DNA from: Tubulanus polymorphus
Taxonomy: Eukaryota; Animalia; Nemertea
NCBI RefSeq assembly: GCF_964204645.1
Contig: NC_134028.1
Span: 1,736,001 to 1,800,000 of the forward strand
Direction: 5' to 3'
DNA length: 64,000 nucleotides
A program made the position numbers and the translations under genes. Position 1 is the stretch's first letter; each line of letters begins with the position of its first letter. This document shows positions 62,242-64,000 of this stretch, piece after piece. The notes beneath the pieces were generated by a model that saw nothing but the letters and a program-made list of their open reading frames with translations, had not been told where the DNA came from and made no database searches.

Positions 62242-62321
62242 CACAGGTAGCATGCGGGTACACTTTCGTGTAGGGTACACAGGTAGCATGCGGGTACACT
62301 TTCGTGTAGGGTACACAGGTA
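62242..62321. repeat. 36-bp perfect tandem duplication
   Basis: CACAGGTAGCATGCGGGTACACTTTCGTGTAGGGTA twice plus a partial third copy. Confidence 0.9.
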
Positions 62322-63449
62322 GACACCCCTTAAGTAAAATTTTCCGTGAGGAAAATTTTAACGTTATGGATAGATGGCGAATCTGATTTACAATATGGAC
62401 TTGACTGCGATTCAATAAAGATTTATTGCTCCAGCGTACAGAGCGTTTCTGGAATTGAAACCAGCCCGCGATGCTATTAGTCTGTTAGTCCGCCTATGCG
62501 TGAATCTTCAGCACGATAAATCAATTTAATACAGATTTTATTGTTTCAAAGATGGCAGAATCATTAACGCAGAAAACCCGTTATCGCTGACACGGGGGGA
62601 GATATCTAGTGTATTTTGCCATTTTTCACGATCATATCAGTTTATGAAAGTCATTTCATCCTCCACTGTTATTTAAAATTTCATCAGTGCTCGATCAGTT
62701 TGTCAGTTTATTGCTTTTAGACTTCGATCGATGTATTATTTGACAGTAGACTCAAATTAGTGAATTATCACATTCAGTGCTTACGTAATTCTTGACTTCA
62801 TACAAGTGATGAGTGATAAGTCCAATTCCCCTCAAAATATTCAACCCTCAATTTCTCATGTTACGTACGTTTTCTCTTGCTCATACAGATGGACAATTTG
62901 ATGGCTAAAAACTGCTCCACATATAAAAATTCATCTTTAGTGCCACCTATATATAGTTACTGAACTATGGTCATGAACCAAACCAGGGACATAAAACTGA
63001 CTTACCATTAATGAGGGCCATGAGCCAAATTTATTCTCATGTTATCAAACCAAAGCCATGTGCTATATTTCCCCTGCGTGGTCACCAAATCAGAACCATA
63101 GACCAAACTTTAACTCTTTGGTCACCAAAACAGGGCCATGAATGAAAAGTTATTTCTGTTGTCTTCACAACTCTGTATTTGAGAATGAAATGATTTATGT
63201 GGAACTAATGACCTACTTAATGAAAGATTCATCTGTATCAGCGTTGTTGCTGCTGGTGCTGCTGGTGCTGGTGCTGGTGTAACTTACACAACTTTTTGCT
63301 GTTTGTCTCTAAAAGAGTTAACTTGATCCCAGTCGGAACTGATGAGAGTTCTAGTGAGACGACAAATAATGAAAAGCCATATGAAAAGAAAAAAAGTAAA
63401 GCGAACGCGTGAGCTTCTAAGCACAAAATAAAACAGCATGAAATGCTGA

Positions 63450-63639
63450 TATAAAGAGTGGGGTCCGAGAGCAATTCGAAGGTCTAGTGTCCTGCACGCT
63501 TAGAGGGCGGGCAGGGGTCTATTCCTACCTCGACTCAAAAAAAGATGAAATATAAAGAGAAGGGTCCGAGAGCAATTTGAAGGTTTAGTGTCCTGCACGC
63601 TTAGAGGGCGGGCAGGGGCCTATTCCTACCTCGACTCAA
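63450..63639. repeat. Near-identical ~80-bp GC-rich duplication, period about 101 bp
   Basis: GGGTCCGAGAGCAATTYGAAGGTYTAGTGTCCTGCACGCTTAGAGGGCGGGCAGGGGYCTATTCCTACCTCGACTCAA at 63461 and 63562. Confidence 0.9.
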
Positions 63640-64000
63640 GCGCTAAAAGTAGAGAAAAGAGTAAAAACGAAAAAATGGCAAATGAAGGAAAATGGCTGGA
63701 GTTCGATTTGTTCCACTGGGTTCGAGTGTTAACTTGAAAAGACAATCAAATTACAGTCAAACGGATCATTTATGACATATATTTTGTAAACATCAGCAGT
63801 TCATCAGAGTGACAACGTTGAATTCTTAAAGCAATATAAAAAAATTTAATTGATTAATTTTGATCTCAGCCATCATTCTTGTCCTTGGTTTGTGTTTGGC
63901 CTTCTCACAACATTTTGTGAGTGTTGAGGTTTGGTTAGGAATAATCTGAATGATTCGATGAAAATTGATAAAGAAATCATCTGTAAAATTCAAGCCATGT

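Noticed and set aside
63330-63380. Hammerhead core CTGATGA..GAAA
   Set aside because: No stem II closing before GAAA; CTGATGA sits in a simple local hairpin.

Overview
Compact, AT-rich eukaryotic genomic DNA from a bilaterian invertebrate; a lophotrochozoan is my inference from intron sizes and protein divergence. There are no prokaryotic features. Exon-intron structures were reconstructed by hand for nine protein-coding genes: the 5' end of fatty acid synthase (-), GAR1 (+), a PH-RhoGAP of the ARHGAP22/24/25 family (-), JNK (+), an ICME-like alpha/beta hydrolase (-), TSPO (+), an orphan gene (+), an SRSF3/SRSF7-family SR protein (-) and 2-oxoglutarate dehydrogenase E1 (OGDH, +). A probable spliced non-coding transcript follows. 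Most genes are in head-to-head pairs. The best signals are in RNA processing and mobile DNA. (1) A 383-nt PTC-containing cassette (poison) exon in the SR gene is tiled with CUA/ACUAC repeats that match the SRSF3 binding motif. (2) OGDH has a second, hidden mutually exclusive exon, with a candidate competing docking/selector RNA pairing. (3) There are two U12-type GT-AG introns, in GAR1 and JNK. (4) A 1989-bp non-autonomous transposon with TATGG..CCATA ends and a 6-bp TSD (IS3EU signature) sits between the FASN and GAR1 promoters. (5) The ARHGAP-JNK adjacency mirrors human ARHGAP22-MAPK8 and ARHGAP24-MAPK10. I do not see a wholly new biological system that the sequence alone can support.
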